From an uncultured cyanobacterium (GTDB lineage Bacteria; Cyanobacteriota; Cyanobacteriia; PCC-9006; JAAUQQ01), in NCBI GenBank assembly GCA_963718615.1, contig OY970368.1, positions 4,096,001 to 4,160,000 on the forward strand: 64,000 nucleotides of DNA. Reading direction: 5' to 3'. The translations under genes were made by a program, and so were the position numbers. A model generated the notes under the pieces. That model saw only the letters and a list, made by a program, of their open reading frames with translations, ran no database searches and was not told the origin of the DNA. Shown one piece after another: positions 1 through 9,777 of the stretch. Each line of letters starts with the position of its first letter. Position 1 is the stretch's first letter.

Positions 1-116
1 TCCCCAACACCTGAGTTAACCCCATGTTGAGCTTGCTCTTAGATTGCCCTGGGCGATCGCCCAAATCCCCTTCTCGGCCTGTTTTCATTTCATTTTCTCG
101 GAGTTAAATCAAACTC

Positions 117-773
117 ATGCCCCCTACCAATCCAACCTCCAATCCCAGCCTAGATTCCAGCCTCAATTCTAGCGCCGTCACCCACCACCAAGGCCGCGCC
201 GTGCCCCTGGTCGGCAACGACATCGACACCGATCGCATCATCCCCGCCCGCTATCTGCGCTGTGTCACATTTGATGGCCTAGGCGAGCATGTCTTTGCGG
301 ACGATCGCACCCAAACCCAAGGCCAACATCCCTTTGACCAACCCCAGTACCAAGGGGCAACCCTTTTGCTGGTGAATCGCAACTTTGGCTGTGGGTCTAG
401 CCGGGAACATGCGCCCCAGGCGATCGCCCGCTGGGGCATCAATGCCATCATCGGCGAAAGCTTTGCAGAAATCTTCTTTGGCAACTGTCTGGCCATGGGC
501 GTTCCCTGTCTGGTCGGCTCACCCGAAACCCTAGCGGAGCTTCAGCGGCGAGTAACCGCCGATCCGACCGTAGAGCTCCAGATCGATGTGGTCAATCCCC
601 AGGTTCGCTGCGGCGATTTTTCGGCCCCCCTGAGTCTGCCTGAGGGTCCCCAGCAAATGCTCGTGAGCGGCACCTGGGATGCCTGTGGTCAACTGGTCGC
701 CCAGGCTGAGCAAATTCGCTCAACGGCGCAGCGTCTCCCCTATTTGACTTGGGATCCGGGAACTGCGGCTTAG
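117..773 (+). CDS. leuD: 3-isopropylmalate dehydratase small subunit
   Basis: [13 protein letters not shown] and [14 protein letters not shown] motifs; [11 protein letters not shown]. Confidence 0.97.
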   Translation: MPPTNPTSNPSLDSSLNSSAVTHHQGRAVPLVGNDIDTDRIIPARYLRCVTFDGLGEHVFADDRTQTQGQHPFDQPQYQGATLLLVNRNFGCGSSREHAPQAIARWGINAIIGESFAEIFFGNCLAMGVPCLVGSPETLAELQRRVTADPTVELQIDVVNPQVRCGDFSAPLSLPEGPQQMLVSGTWDACGQLVAQAEQIRSTAQRLPYLTWDPGTAA

Positions 774-1051
774 GGATCTGGCCGGCTCAAAAGTGATGAG
801 TGCTGAAAGCTTTATCAGCTCAAGGCACTCAACCCTGTAAATTCGTTGATCAGGCCTTCAGAAGACAGTGTTTTGGGTGGCTGAGTTTGGATGGAAACCG
901 AGGATGAAGCCTCTAGATTCCTTGACTCGATGGTGAAGATTTTGTAATTTTCTACGCTGACTCAAAGAAAGTTATTATACTGAGACATGTCTAATAATAC
1001 TTACTCAAGGATGTTATCCGGCGGCTATGCCGGGATAATGCCTTGAAATGG

Positions 1052-1173
1052 GTTGTTATCATGCAATATTGCCTGGATAAGTGGCTGAGACCAGGGAGTA
1101 TACGGCGTTGGTGCTTGAGAATACCTGGAAGAGGGAGTTATCAGGCATTGTGCATAAGAATAACTTGTTAGGT
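1052..1173 (+). other. attC/attI-like recombination site opening cassette 1
   Basis: Imperfect inverted repeat (atgcaatattgcctggataa ~1061-1080 vs ttatcaggcattgtgcat ~1138-1155) ending in core site GTTAGGT at 1167-1173, 44 nt before the next ATG. Confidence 0.5.
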
Positions 1174-1217
1174 AGCTTAAATTTTTAGTGATGTCATTTT
1201 CATAGGCTCGTGTATTT

Positions 1218-2375
1218 ATGTCATGGGATTCTCCTGTCTTTAGTGTCTGTGTATCAGGTGGTTCTTGGATATGGGCTGCGTGGAACAGTACTAAGGATGC
1301 TTATGCCTTTCTGGAGAAACCTGAAAAAAATTTATCGCTTGATTGCTTGTTCTACGCTGAAGCACCCTCTAAAGAAACTGCAATCAAAACAGCCCGTAAG
1401 ATGTTGGGTACTCACATTAAACAAATAGGTAATGAGTGGGCAGAAGAAGTTTGCAAGGTAATCAATAAAAAGCCTCAAGTCACTTCTGAGGTAATTGGAA
1501 AGAAACCTTATCTTGATGCTGATGACCGTGACGTAATCACTGATGAACTTCAGAAATCTTTAGGCCAACTTCATTTGCTGACTGGATTGAGTGCCGTTAA
1601 ATCTACCGTTCAGGAGTTGGTCAATATTACAAAAGTAGCTCAGATGCAGGTTAAGGCAGGCATTAAAGCTCCTTCAATCACCAGGCATCTTGTATTCACA
1701 GGTAATCCTGGAACAGGTAAAACTACAGTGGCTAGGATTCTTGGCGAAATTTATAAAAATCTTGGTGTTTTATCAAAAGGACATTTTATTGAAGTAGACC
1801 GAAGCAATTTAGTTGCAGAATACTTAGGACAAACAGCACCCAAAACAGTAAAAGTGGTTGAAGCTGCGTTAGGAGGTGTACTTTTTATTGATGAGGCTTA
1901 CTCGCTGGTGCCAGATGGTCGCGGAGATGTATTTGGACAAGAGGCGGTCAATACACTCTTGAAAATGATGGAAGATCACAGAGAAGATTTAGTGATAGTG
2001 GTTGCAGGATACAAGGGGGAGATGTCTCGATTCATTGACTCTAATCCTGGTCTAAAGTCCAGATTTTCAAGATCAGTTCATTTTGAAGACTATTCTCCTT
2101 CCGAGTTAGCCGAGATTTTCAAAGTCAGATGTGAACAGCATGGCTATCTATTCTCAGATAAGACGCTAGAATCTGTGCGTCATTTAGTCAATCAATTTGA
2201 ACATCAAGTTGGAGAGCTTGGAAATGGTAGATTTGTGAGAAACATTTTTGATCGCTGTGTTGCTATTCAGTGTAACCGTTTAGCAGCATTAGCCAAGCCA
2301 ACAAGAGAAGACTTGAAAACCTTCCTTCCTACTGATATTCCTACTTATGAGCAACTAGCTCAGTCTCTTCTTTGA
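1218..2375 (+). CDS. AAA+ ATPase, SpoVK/CbbX family, with unknown ~90-aa N-terminal domain
   Basis: HLVFTGNPGTGKTTVAR Walker A, LFIDEAY Walker B, NPGLKSRF, LGNGRFVRN. Confidence 0.88.
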   Translation: MSWDSPVFSVCVSGGSWIWAAWNSTKDAYAFLEKPEKNLSLDCLFYAEAPSKETAIKTARKMLGTHIKQIGNEWAEEVCKVINKKPQVTSEVIGKKPYLDADDRDVITDELQKSLGQLHLLTGLSAVKSTVQELVNITKVAQMQVKAGIKAPSITRHLVFTGNPGTGKTTVARILGEIYKNLGVLSKGHFIEVDRSNLVAEYLGQTAPKTVKVVEAALGGVLFIDEAYSLVPDGRGDVFGQEAVNTLLKMMEDHREDLVIVVAGYKGEMSRFIDSNPGLKSRFSRSVHFEDYSPSELAEIFKVRCEQHGYLFSDKTLESVRHLVNQFEHQVGELGNGRFVRNIFDRCVAIQCNRLAALAKPTREDLKTFLPTDIPTYEQLAQSLL

Positions 2376-2397
2376 AATTATCAGTGTGTATAGCGCT

Positions 2398-2484
2398 ACC
2401 TAAACCAGGGCTTGTAGCGGATGGCCTTAACACTCTGGCAATCCTCGAAGACCCTTGTCACCGCTAAAGCCTCAGTCGTTAGAT
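2398..2484 (+). other. attC-like site (end of cassette 1)
   Basis: R'' ACCTAAAC at 2398; L'' ggcttGtagcgg pairs with ccgctaaagcc with one extra G; R' GTTAGAT at 2478-2484. Confidence 0.75.
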
Positions 2485-2665
2485 GCACTGAGCTCTTGAA
2501 GTGGACAGGTTACAAGATTGCATCAATAGTAAGCACCTGGTTATGGCATTCTATTAGAAGCACTTGCATCGTAGAATAGAAATCACTCACAAGCTTTCCT
2601 CCAATCCCTATCAAAAGTGTATAATTAAAGCTAATACTCCTACTGGCCAAGTGGGCAGTCATTCA

Positions 2666-3748
2666 ATGCATCCCAAAAACCCACTTTTTCAAAAATGTAT
2701 TTCTTATCTTGAACAACTACCTAGTATTAAGGCAGTTGTTCAAGGAGAACCCTATTTTTCTAGTGAAGTTTTAGCTGATGGTAAACTGGTAATTAATGCT
2801 TCAAACAAGAGCATTAACTATGTCTGTGAGATCAAAACTGGGCTTACAAATGATGTAGTAGAACAAGTAACTAAATATTTTTCCAGTTTAGGAAAAAGAC
2901 TACAGAACGATGAAAGGCCCTTACTAGTTACACGGGGTTTATCTAATCTGGTTATAGAGCAACTCTTAAAAAGAAATATAGAGTTTATAGATGTTGATGG
3001 CAATATTTATCTTAATGGCCCAGAGCTTTATGTACTGGTTCGCAAGCAAGTTTCTAAGGAAAGTGCAAGTAAATCTTTAGAAATTACTGCTGCTTCACTA
3101 CAAGTCATACATACCTTACTCAGTCAACCAAATTTTTTGGGCAGGGGGTATGATTTTGACGAAGAGGTTGCTTCTATTTCCGGTGTCACTCCGAAAACTG
3201 TGAAGAATACTCTTAAAAAACTTCAAGATTTAGATTATATCACGTACAGGCATGGAAAGTATGAAATCGTTGATTATGTCAAACTTCTTGAGCGCTGGGA
3301 GTTAGGATATTCTGAGAGATTACGTGCAAAATTAATTCTTGGAACTTTCACTCCCATCGGAAAGATTAGTTTTTCAGAAGTTGCAAATAAAATCAAAGAA
3401 GGTGCAAGGAATTACGGTTATCTAATAGGTGGCGAGCTTGCCGCTTCAATAATGACTGATTATCTTCGACCTATTAGTGCAACTTTACATCTCAGTAATG
3501 ATTTTGATAGTCGTGAATTAGCAGTCAATTTGAAGCTAAAGCCTGATCCTGATGGTGTTATCACATTTCTTCAAACTTTTGGCAAGTTTAACTATCACCA
3601 AAATGAAATTGGGGAATTTCAACAGACTCTAATTAATCCATTGTTTATTCATGCAGAACTAGTGCGAACTGGAAACAGCCGATTAAAAGAAACAGCCGAA
3701 CTTATCTACGATAGATATATTGAGGAATTGGCACAAAGGCATGATTAG
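2666..3748 (+). CDS. type IV toxin-antitoxin AbiEi-family antitoxin (wHTH-containing)
   Basis: FIDVDGNIYL, central HTH (SGVTPKTVKNTLKKL), LIGGELAA, INPLFIHAEL..G..R..ETA typical of AbiEi_2/DUF2186; overlaps the downstream nucleotidyltransferase. ATG 2666 preferred over the TTG at 2564. Confidence 0.8.
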   Translation: MHPKNPLFQKCISYLEQLPSIKAVVQGEPYFSSEVLADGKLVINASNKSINYVCEIKTGLTNDVVEQVTKYFSSLGKRLQNDERPLLVTRGLSNLVIEQLLKRNIEFIDVDGNIYLNGPELYVLVRKQVSKESASKSLEITAASLQVIHTLLSQPNFLGRGYDFDEEVASISGVTPKTVKNTLKKLQDLDYITYRHGKYEIVDYVKLLERWELGYSERLRAKLILGTFTPIGKISFSEVANKIKEGARNYGYLIGGELAASIMTDYLRPISATLHLSNDFDSRELAVNLKLKPDPDGVITFLQTFGKFNYHQNEIGEFQQTLINPLFIHAELVRTGNSRLKETAELIYDRYIEELAQRHD

Positions 3749-4520
3749 CTCTAATGAAAAGCAAGTTTTAGCTGATCTAATCTATATTGTTAGCTCATTA
3801 GACTTGCCAATGATGTTAGTTGGCGCAGGAGCTAGGCTTTTGATATTTGACCAGAGGTTTGGAGAAGGAAGAGGAACAAAAGACTGGGACGTGGCAATTT
3901 CCATAAATGATTGGGGAGCCTATCAAAAACTCTGTGAATTCCTAACAACTGGTGATTCGCCACGATTTAAATCAACAAAGAATTCCCACAAATTTATACA
4001 TATTAAAACTAAAATCGAGGTCGACATAGTTCCGTTTGGTGAAATTGGCGAGCCAGATCAGAAAATTGTCTGGTCTGACAGTGGTAATTCGATGAATGTT
4101 TCAGGCTTTACGGAAGCTCTCTTACATGCAAAAACTACTGTTATTGATGATTTGGAAATCCCAGTGGTTGACACGCCAGCTTTTGTTGTTCTTAAAATCT
4201 TTGCATGGGGAGATCGTGGAGAACGTACAAACAAAGATTTAGAAGATATTGAATTTATTTTATTGAGGTATGAAGATGATGAGCGTGTGTATTCTGAACT
4301 AGCAGGAGAACTTGCTGATGGAATCGTTGAATTTCTCGATGCTAATATTTACTTGCTTGGTCAAGATATTTACAAAATACTTCAAGACAAAACTCTGATC
4401 GAACTTGATTTACTATTGAATAAATTGATTGAAAGTTTAAGAACTGACAATTCTGAATCGTTGGGCTACAAGTTAAAAGTCTTTCAGGCAGGGATTCGCT
4501 CTTTATATCCGCAAGCGTGA
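3741..4520 (+). CDS. AbiEii/AbiGii-family nucleotidyltransferase toxin
   Basis: LVGAGAR...RGTKDWDVAI (G..A / DxD NTase motif), VDIVPFGEI, LKIFAWGDR...KDLEDI; translationally coupled to the antitoxin. Confidence 0.82.
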   Translation: MISSNEKQVLADLIYIVSSLDLPMMLVGAGARLLIFDQRFGEGRGTKDWDVAISINDWGAYQKLCEFLTTGDSPRFKSTKNSHKFIHIKTKIEVDIVPFGEIGEPDQKIVWSDSGNSMNVSGFTEALLHAKTTVIDDLEIPVVDTPAFVVLKIFAWGDRGERTNKDLEDIEFILLRYEDDERVYSELAGELADGIVEFLDANIYLLGQDIYKILQDKTLIELDLLLNKLIESLRTDNSESLGYKLKVFQAGIRSLYPQA

Positions 4521-4606
4521 TCTAAAATGCCCATGCATCCGATCGCCCAAAAGCTACCTGTACAGATCTTGAGGTTATCTGCGGCGGGTGATGGGTAACG
4601 TTATTT
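4520..4606 (+). other. attC-like site (end of cassette 2)
   Basis: R'' ATCTAAA directly at the toxin stop; tgcccatGcatccg pairs with cgggtgatgggta with one extra G; R' GTTATTT at 4600-4606. Confidence 0.75.
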
Positions 4607-4621
4607 ACTTTTTCTAGAATC

Positions 4622-4987
4622 GTGAAATACAAGAATATTCGAGCTGCCATTCACAATTTTGGGCACTCTTTCATGAGTGACATGAACTATATTGCCGAAG
4701 ACTTCGTTCGTAATGATTTAAAGAAAATACATCGCAAAGGCGAGAATATTGTAATCGATTGGCTGACTGGAACTTTTAATCCTTCCAATCATGTAAACGA
4801 TCGAATCATCCAGTCCATTCATCTCTGGAGAGATCGATTGCCTAAGGATCTTGAATCGCTTCAGGTAGATGCTTCAAAACTTCAGCGTCTAGTCATGAGT
4901 TGGCCAGCTAATAGTCCTTCTCAGATCATGCAAGCCACCGACGATCGGGGCAAAGACTACAGCATTGAAATCACGAAAACGCTTTAG
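4622..4987 (+). CDS. hypothetical protein (cassette-borne)
   Basis: 121-aa ORF with GTG start 15 nt after the attC R' site; natural composition; no motif recognised. Confidence 0.65.
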   Translation: MKYKNIRAAIHNFGHSFMSDMNYIAEDFVRNDLKKIHRKGENIVIDWLTGTFNPSNHVNDRIIQSIHLWRDRLPKDLESLQVDASKLQRLVMSWPANSPSQIMQATDDRGKDYSIEITKTL

Positions 4988-5073
4988 GGGTATCATAACA
5001 AGATGGATCGGGATGGTCGGCCTTGTGTAGTAATGAAGCCAATCAGGATTGTCCTTTCGGGATGAGTAATGAC

Positions 5074-5373
5074 TCAAAAAGGCTTAGGGAAGCTTCCAAT
5101 CACAAGATTTGTGCCTGTTTTCCAAGCAACCTTTGCAACATTATCGATAAAGTCAAATTCTGGCTTAGAAGCATGGAAGGGGCGAAGGCCAAGATCTTGA
5201 ACCTTATATTTGATTTTTAGTTTTAGATTTTCAGGCAACTGAGTAATGCCCAACTCTGATGCCTTCACATTTTTGATCCAGAACTCATTACAGAAAAAAG
5301 GTGGCTTGTCAAAAAGAGCTGCCTGTAGGGTGCCGTTTTTCTCAAAGAACTTGATTTCATGAACGTATGCCAT
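5074..5373 (-). CDS. hypothetical protein
   Basis: 99-aa ORF with ATG preceded by GAGG (minus strand) and a GTTGGAC core-like site. Confidence 0.6.
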   Translation of the reverse strand: MAYVHEIKFFEKNGTLQAALFDKPPFFCNEFWIKNVKASELGITQLPENLKLKIKYKVQDLGLRPFHASKPEFDFIDNVAKVAWKTGTNLVIGSFPKPF

Positions 5374-5474
5374 GTGACCTCGCTGAAGTCCAACAATATG
5401 ACTGCAATTCCTTATACTACGAGAATCGTAATAACTCCGGACTTTAAAAATAAAATTTATTCGGGAAGTCTAAA

Positions 5475-7304
5475 CCCGGATATCTCACCAGTGCCGAGGG
5501 ATCGGGGTCACCAACCAGCGAGAATGTAATAACCACAAGACATTCAGCGGTTTGCAAAGATGGCCCCGACCCAAACAGAGTGTAACTTGCCAAGCTACGA
5601 GTTTGGACGCCTGAATCAACGCAAGATAGTAGCGAACTTTAGCGGTGGTGAGCTCAGCAGTGATGGAGGGCTGCTGCTAATTCGAGAAATCGACCAGCTA
5701 TATCGAATCAGTGAGCGGCTGTCCGAGTGCTTTACGGATCACCGCGATGGCAGCCGGGTGCAACATGAATTGAAAACGCTGCTCGGGCAACGGCTTTATG
5801 GATTGGTGCAAGGCTACGAGGACGTGAATGACCATGACGACCTTCGGCATGAGCGATTATTTGGGGTAGTTCTGGGTCAGTTAGAAAGCCAGCATCCGCG
5901 CTGTGCACCGTTAGCGGGCAAGAGCACCCTCAACCGATTGGAGCAAGCGATGCATGTCCCCCGCGACTTGTCAGATTCGCGCTACGTGAAACTGAGCCTG
6001 GACCCGGCTGCCATCGAGGCGCTCTTGGTGGAGCTATTCATCGAACAACTCGAAGGTGAACCGAAACAAATCATCCTGGACATGGATGTCACCGATGACC
6101 CCACCCATGGCACCCAGGAAGGTTCAGCGTTCAATGGGTATTACCGCCATGACTGCTACACCCCGTTGCTCATCTTCAGTGGTCGCCATTTGTTGAGTGC
6201 AAAACTGCGACCGGCCAATGTGGACCCCGCAGCGGGAGCGTTAGAAGAACTCCAACGCATCGTGGCTCAGATTCGAGGTCATTGGCCGAAGGTGAAGATT
6301 CTGGTGCGCGGCGATAGTGCTTACAGCCGAGATGACATCATGCTGTGGTGTGAAGGTGAAGCCCAGGTGGACTTTGTTTTTGCCCACAGCAGCAATGAGC
6401 GCTTGCGCCAATTGACTTGGGGGTTAGAACAGCGAGCCAAAGCCGTTTATGAGGCCCAGCGCCAAACGGTTGCTGCCACCTTAGAACCTCTGTTAGAGCA
6501 GAGTGCAAGTGAACTAGAGGCTGAACTCAACCGCTTGGTTCCGCCCCAGGTTTGGCATCAGTCCTTGAGCTATGCCACGCTTAAATCCTGGAGCTGTGAG
6601 CGTCGCGTCATTTGCAAGCTCACCTACGATGGCAATGGCCCACGTCGCCATTTCGTTGTCACCTCTTTGACAGCACAGCAGGCCCATCCCGCTCACCTTC
6701 ACCGCGATTATTACTGTCCGCGAGGAGAGATGGAAAATCGCATCAAGGAGCATCAGCTTGACCTCTTCAGCGACCGCACCTCCACCCATGACTTTGAAAG
6801 CAATCAGCTCAGACTCTGGTTTTCATCCTTCGCCTATGTCTTGATGCAGGCCCTGCGCCTCAAGGCACTCGCCAAAACTGAACTCGCTGATGCGACTCTG
6901 GGCACCATTCGACGCAAGCTGCTCAAGCTTGGCGCACAGGTTCGCATCTCTGTCAGGCGCATTCTCGTCGCATTCACTTTCGCTTCGCCCATACAAACCC
7001 TCTTTGAAGCGGCAGCACAACAGTTGCGCAGACGACTCCCTAGGCCAGGATAGACCGATGAGTAGAACTCTAGCCTTTCGCTCCGACTTTAATTCAACGA
7101 CTCTCCAAGGGTGAGATTACACACCCTTGCTTTGACCTGCTCAAAATCTGCCTGAAGCCCCATATCTAGAGCACAATGACTACCTTTACAGCATAGACAG
7201 CCTGAAAGATGCCTCAGGCATCCTCTATTGCTCGAGTCAACAGACTGCTCATCTCATTTCGGGCAAGCCTGATACTCTCTATCCGCCCTGGTGAGAAATC
7301 CGGG
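5475..7304 (+). mobile_element. IS1380-family insertion sequence
   Basis: 17-bp TIRs CCCGGATATCTCACCAG (5475-5491) and CTGGTGAGAAATCCGGG (7288-7304), 16/17 match; CTAAA direct repeat at 5470-5474 and 7305-7309. Confidence 0.93.
5560..7053 (+). CDS. IS1380-family DDE transposase
   Basis: SSDGGLLLIRE, AGKSTLNRLE, ILDMDVTDD, VRGDSAY, YCPRGEMENRIKE, NQLRLWFSSFAY. Confidence 0.95.
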   Translation: MAPTQTECNLPSYEFGRLNQRKIVANFSGGELSSDGGLLLIREIDQLYRISERLSECFTDHRDGSRVQHELKTLLGQRLYGLVQGYEDVNDHDDLRHERLFGVVLGQLESQHPRCAPLAGKSTLNRLEQAMHVPRDLSDSRYVKLSLDPAAIEALLVELFIEQLEGEPKQIILDMDVTDDPTHGTQEGSAFNGYYRHDCYTPLLIFSGRHLLSAKLRPANVDPAAGALEELQRIVAQIRGHWPKVKILVRGDSAYSRDDIMLWCEGEAQVDFVFAHSSNERLRQLTWGLEQRAKAVYEAQRQTVAATLEPLLEQSASELEAELNRLVPPQVWHQSLSYATLKSWSCERRVICKLTYDGNGPRRHFVVTSLTAQQAHPAHLHRDYYCPRGEMENRIKEHQLDLFSDRTSTHDFESNQLRLWFSSFAYVLMQALRLKALAKTELADATLGTIRRKLLKLGAQVRISVRRILVAFTFASPIQTLFEAAAQQLRRRLPRPG

Positions 7305-7356
7305 CTAAACAGTCTGGCTCTCCTGAATTCACAATTTCGTGCAAGAAGTCTATTAT

Positions 7357-9777
7357 TCAGGGTTGGTTTAGTAACTGGAAAACTTGCTGAACCAACAACT
7401 CTGCATCAACCGGCTTAGACAAATGATACTGAAATCCAGCAGCTTTCGCCTGTTGCCCATTTAGCTCCCCGGCGTAGGCCGTGAGGGCGATCGCCCGAAT
7501 CCCCCCCCCCTGCGCCTCGGGCAACGCGCGAATCTGACGCAAGAGACCATAGCCATCCATATCCGGCATCCCAATATCACTCACCATACCGTCAAAATTA
7601 CCATTTTCCAGCGCTTGGAGCGCCGCCGCCGCCGAACTGACCGCCACCACCTCAGCTCCAACAGCCTCCAGCACAAAGGTCACAAAGATCAAGGCATCGG
7701 GCTCATCATCCACGATCAACAACCTATAGCCCGTCAAAGTTGTAGGCACAGCCGAGAGCACACCAGCAGACAAACTCCCTTGATCCACCCGTGACGGCTT
7801 CGGTCGCGCCATCGGCAATAGCACCGTAAACGTCGTACCACAGCCCTCCCCAGGGCTTTCGGCCTGCACCGTTCCCCCATGTAGCTCCACAATTTGCCGC
7901 ACGATCGCCAATCCCAGCCCTAGCCCACCAAATTGCCGCGTCGTTGCACTGTCGGCCTGACGAAAATAGTCAAAGACATAGGGCAAAAAACCCGGCGTAA
8001 TGCCCTTGCCGGTATCGCAGACTTGCAGTTGAGCCTGATGATTGATCTGGATCAAGCTCACCGTTACCTGTCCCTCCGCCGGGGTAAACTTCACCGCATT
8101 CGAGAGCAAATTCCACACCACCTGTTGCAATCGCCCCTCATCTCCCATGACCGGATTTACCCCTGAAGACAGTTCTAGCCTCACCTGAATGGCTTTCGCT
8201 TCTGCCGCTAGTCGCACCGTTTCATTCGCCGCTCGAATGGTCGTCGCCAAATCAACCCGCTCAACCTTCAGCTCCAGCTTGCCCCGCAAAATCCGCGACA
8301 CATCGAGCAAATCATCAATCAGCTGCACCTGCAACCGAGCATTACGCTCGATAGTTGCCAAAGCCTGCTCCGTTTTTTCCACCGGCAAGCGTCCGCTGCG
8401 CAAGAGCTGAGTCCAGCCAATGATCGGATTAAGCGGCGTGCGCAGTTCGTGGGACAACACAGCTAAAAACTCATCCTTAATACGATTAGCCCGTTCCGCC
8501 TCTTCCCGAGCTGTTTGTTCGTGACGCAACAAACGCGATCGCTGCGCCTCAATTTGTTTTTGGTCTTCAATATCCGTTGCCGTTCCAAACCATTTGAGCA
8601 CTTGCCCCGCTTCATCCTTGAGTGGCACCGCCTGGTGTAAATGCCAGCGATATTCTGCTTGGCCCTGGGTGACTCGCCGCAGTCGTCCTTCCGCCTGATA
8701 GCGTTGACCGGTGGTTTGGGCCATCGCCCAGTTCGCTTCCAAGGCCGGCAAATCCTCAGGATGCACAATATTATGCCAACCCGCCGTTCGAGCCTGCTCC
8801 GCACCCAACCCCGTATAGTCCAACCAGCGCTGATTAACATCCAGCAAGTCCCCCTCGGCACTGGCAGTCCAGACCAACTGGGGAATCGATTCGGTGAGAT
8901 AACGATAGCGTTCCTCGCTCTGCCGCAGCTGGTCCTCAGCGCGTTTGCGCTCAGTAATTTCTTGGCAAACAATGCTAATTCCCGTCACTTGTCCTTGGGC
9001 ATCCTGAAGGGGATACCAGTTTTCTAGCCAAATACGATGGATACCGGGCTGGGCTGGCGTTTCTCCTGCAATTTCTAGGTTTAGAAGCGGTTTTCCACTG
9101 TCCAAGACCTGTCGCAGCAGAGGTTCCGCCTCATCCGCCAGCTTGGGCAACACCTCGCGGATGCTCCGCCCTAGGTGTTCTGGCACCGACAGACCGTTGA
9201 TGTCCGCCAGCTCTTGATTAATCCGTTGAAACCGCAGATCCCGATCCAACACCCCTAGACCAATGGGCGCACTTTGGTAGATCGACTCGATTTCCGTCAG
9301 TTGAGCCCGAACGATTGCTTCACTGCGGCGGAGGGACTGTTCGGCCTGTTTGCGATCGCTAATATCAATCCCCGAGGGAATCAGATGGGTCACCTGACCG
9401 ACTTCGTTGAAAATGGGGACCAGGGAAAAGTCGATGATCAAAAAGCGATCGCTCGCCAACCGCACCTGCACATCGTAGCGAACCATCTCGCCCTGGGCCG
9501 CCCGCTCAATGGCCTGCCGTAGCTGGGCCTGAATGTCGCTATCGTAGGCCCACCAATAGGTTTGATCAAAGGGTTTTCCCAACACATCCTCAGGCTGAAG
9601 CGACGCGGCTTCTAGGGCGGTGCGGTTGGCCTCGATCAAAATGCCGTCGGGCGTCATAATGCCGACAAAGCTCAGCAGACTATCGAGAATCAGGCGCAGT
9701 CGCTGTTCGGTTTCCAGGGATTTGGGGAGGAGGGATTCGGATGAAGCTGAGGCAGACAAAAAGGACGGATCAGACAT
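7357..9777 (-). CDS. hybrid sensor histidine kinase (3 PAS/PAC, HisKA, HATPase, receiver)
   Basis: FLAVLSHELRTPL H-box, NLLSNAVKFT, DTGKGI, GGLGLGL, C-terminal VDD...SDIGMP...K receiver; start may extend to 9885. Confidence 0.95.
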   Translation of the reverse strand: MSDPSFLSASASSESLLPKSLETEQRLRLILDSLLSFVGIMTPDGILIEANRTALEAASLQPEDVLGKPFDQTYWWAYDSDIQAQLRQAIERAAQGEMVRYDVQVRLASDRFLIIDFSLVPIFNEVGQVTHLIPSGIDISDRKQAEQSLRRSEAIVRAQLTEIESIYQSAPIGLGVLDRDLRFQRINQELADINGLSVPEHLGRSIREVLPKLADEAEPLLRQVLDSGKPLLNLEIAGETPAQPGIHRIWLENWYPLQDAQGQVTGISIVCQEITERKRAEDQLRQSEERYRYLTESIPQLVWTASAEGDLLDVNQRWLDYTGLGAEQARTAGWHNIVHPEDLPALEANWAMAQTTGQRYQAEGRLRRVTQGQAEYRWHLHQAVPLKDEAGQVLKWFGTATDIEDQKQIEAQRSRLLRHEQTAREEAERANRIKDEFLAVLSHELRTPLNPIIGWTQLLRSGRLPVEKTEQALATIERNARLQVQLIDDLLDVSRILRGKLELKVERVDLATTIRAANETVRLAAEAKAIQVRLELSSGVNPVMGDEGRLQQVVWNLLSNAVKFTPAEGQVTVSLIQINHQAQLQVCDTGKGITPGFLPYVFDYFRQADSATTRQFGGLGLGLAIVRQIVELHGGTVQAESPGEGCGTTFTVLLPMARPKPSRVDQGSLSAGVLSAVPTTLTGYRLLIVDDEPDALIFVTFVLEAVGAEVVAVSSAAAALQALENGNFDGMVSDIGMPDMDGYGLLRQIRALPEAQGGGIRAIALTAYAGELNGQQAKAAGFQYHLSKPVDAELLVQQVFQLLNQP

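Noticed and set aside
1218-2375. Rubisco activase cbbX
   Set aside because: No rbc/cbb genes nearby, foreign N-terminal domain, cassette context
780-7350. Complete integron or prophage
   Set aside because: No tyrosine recombinase or phage gene in the window
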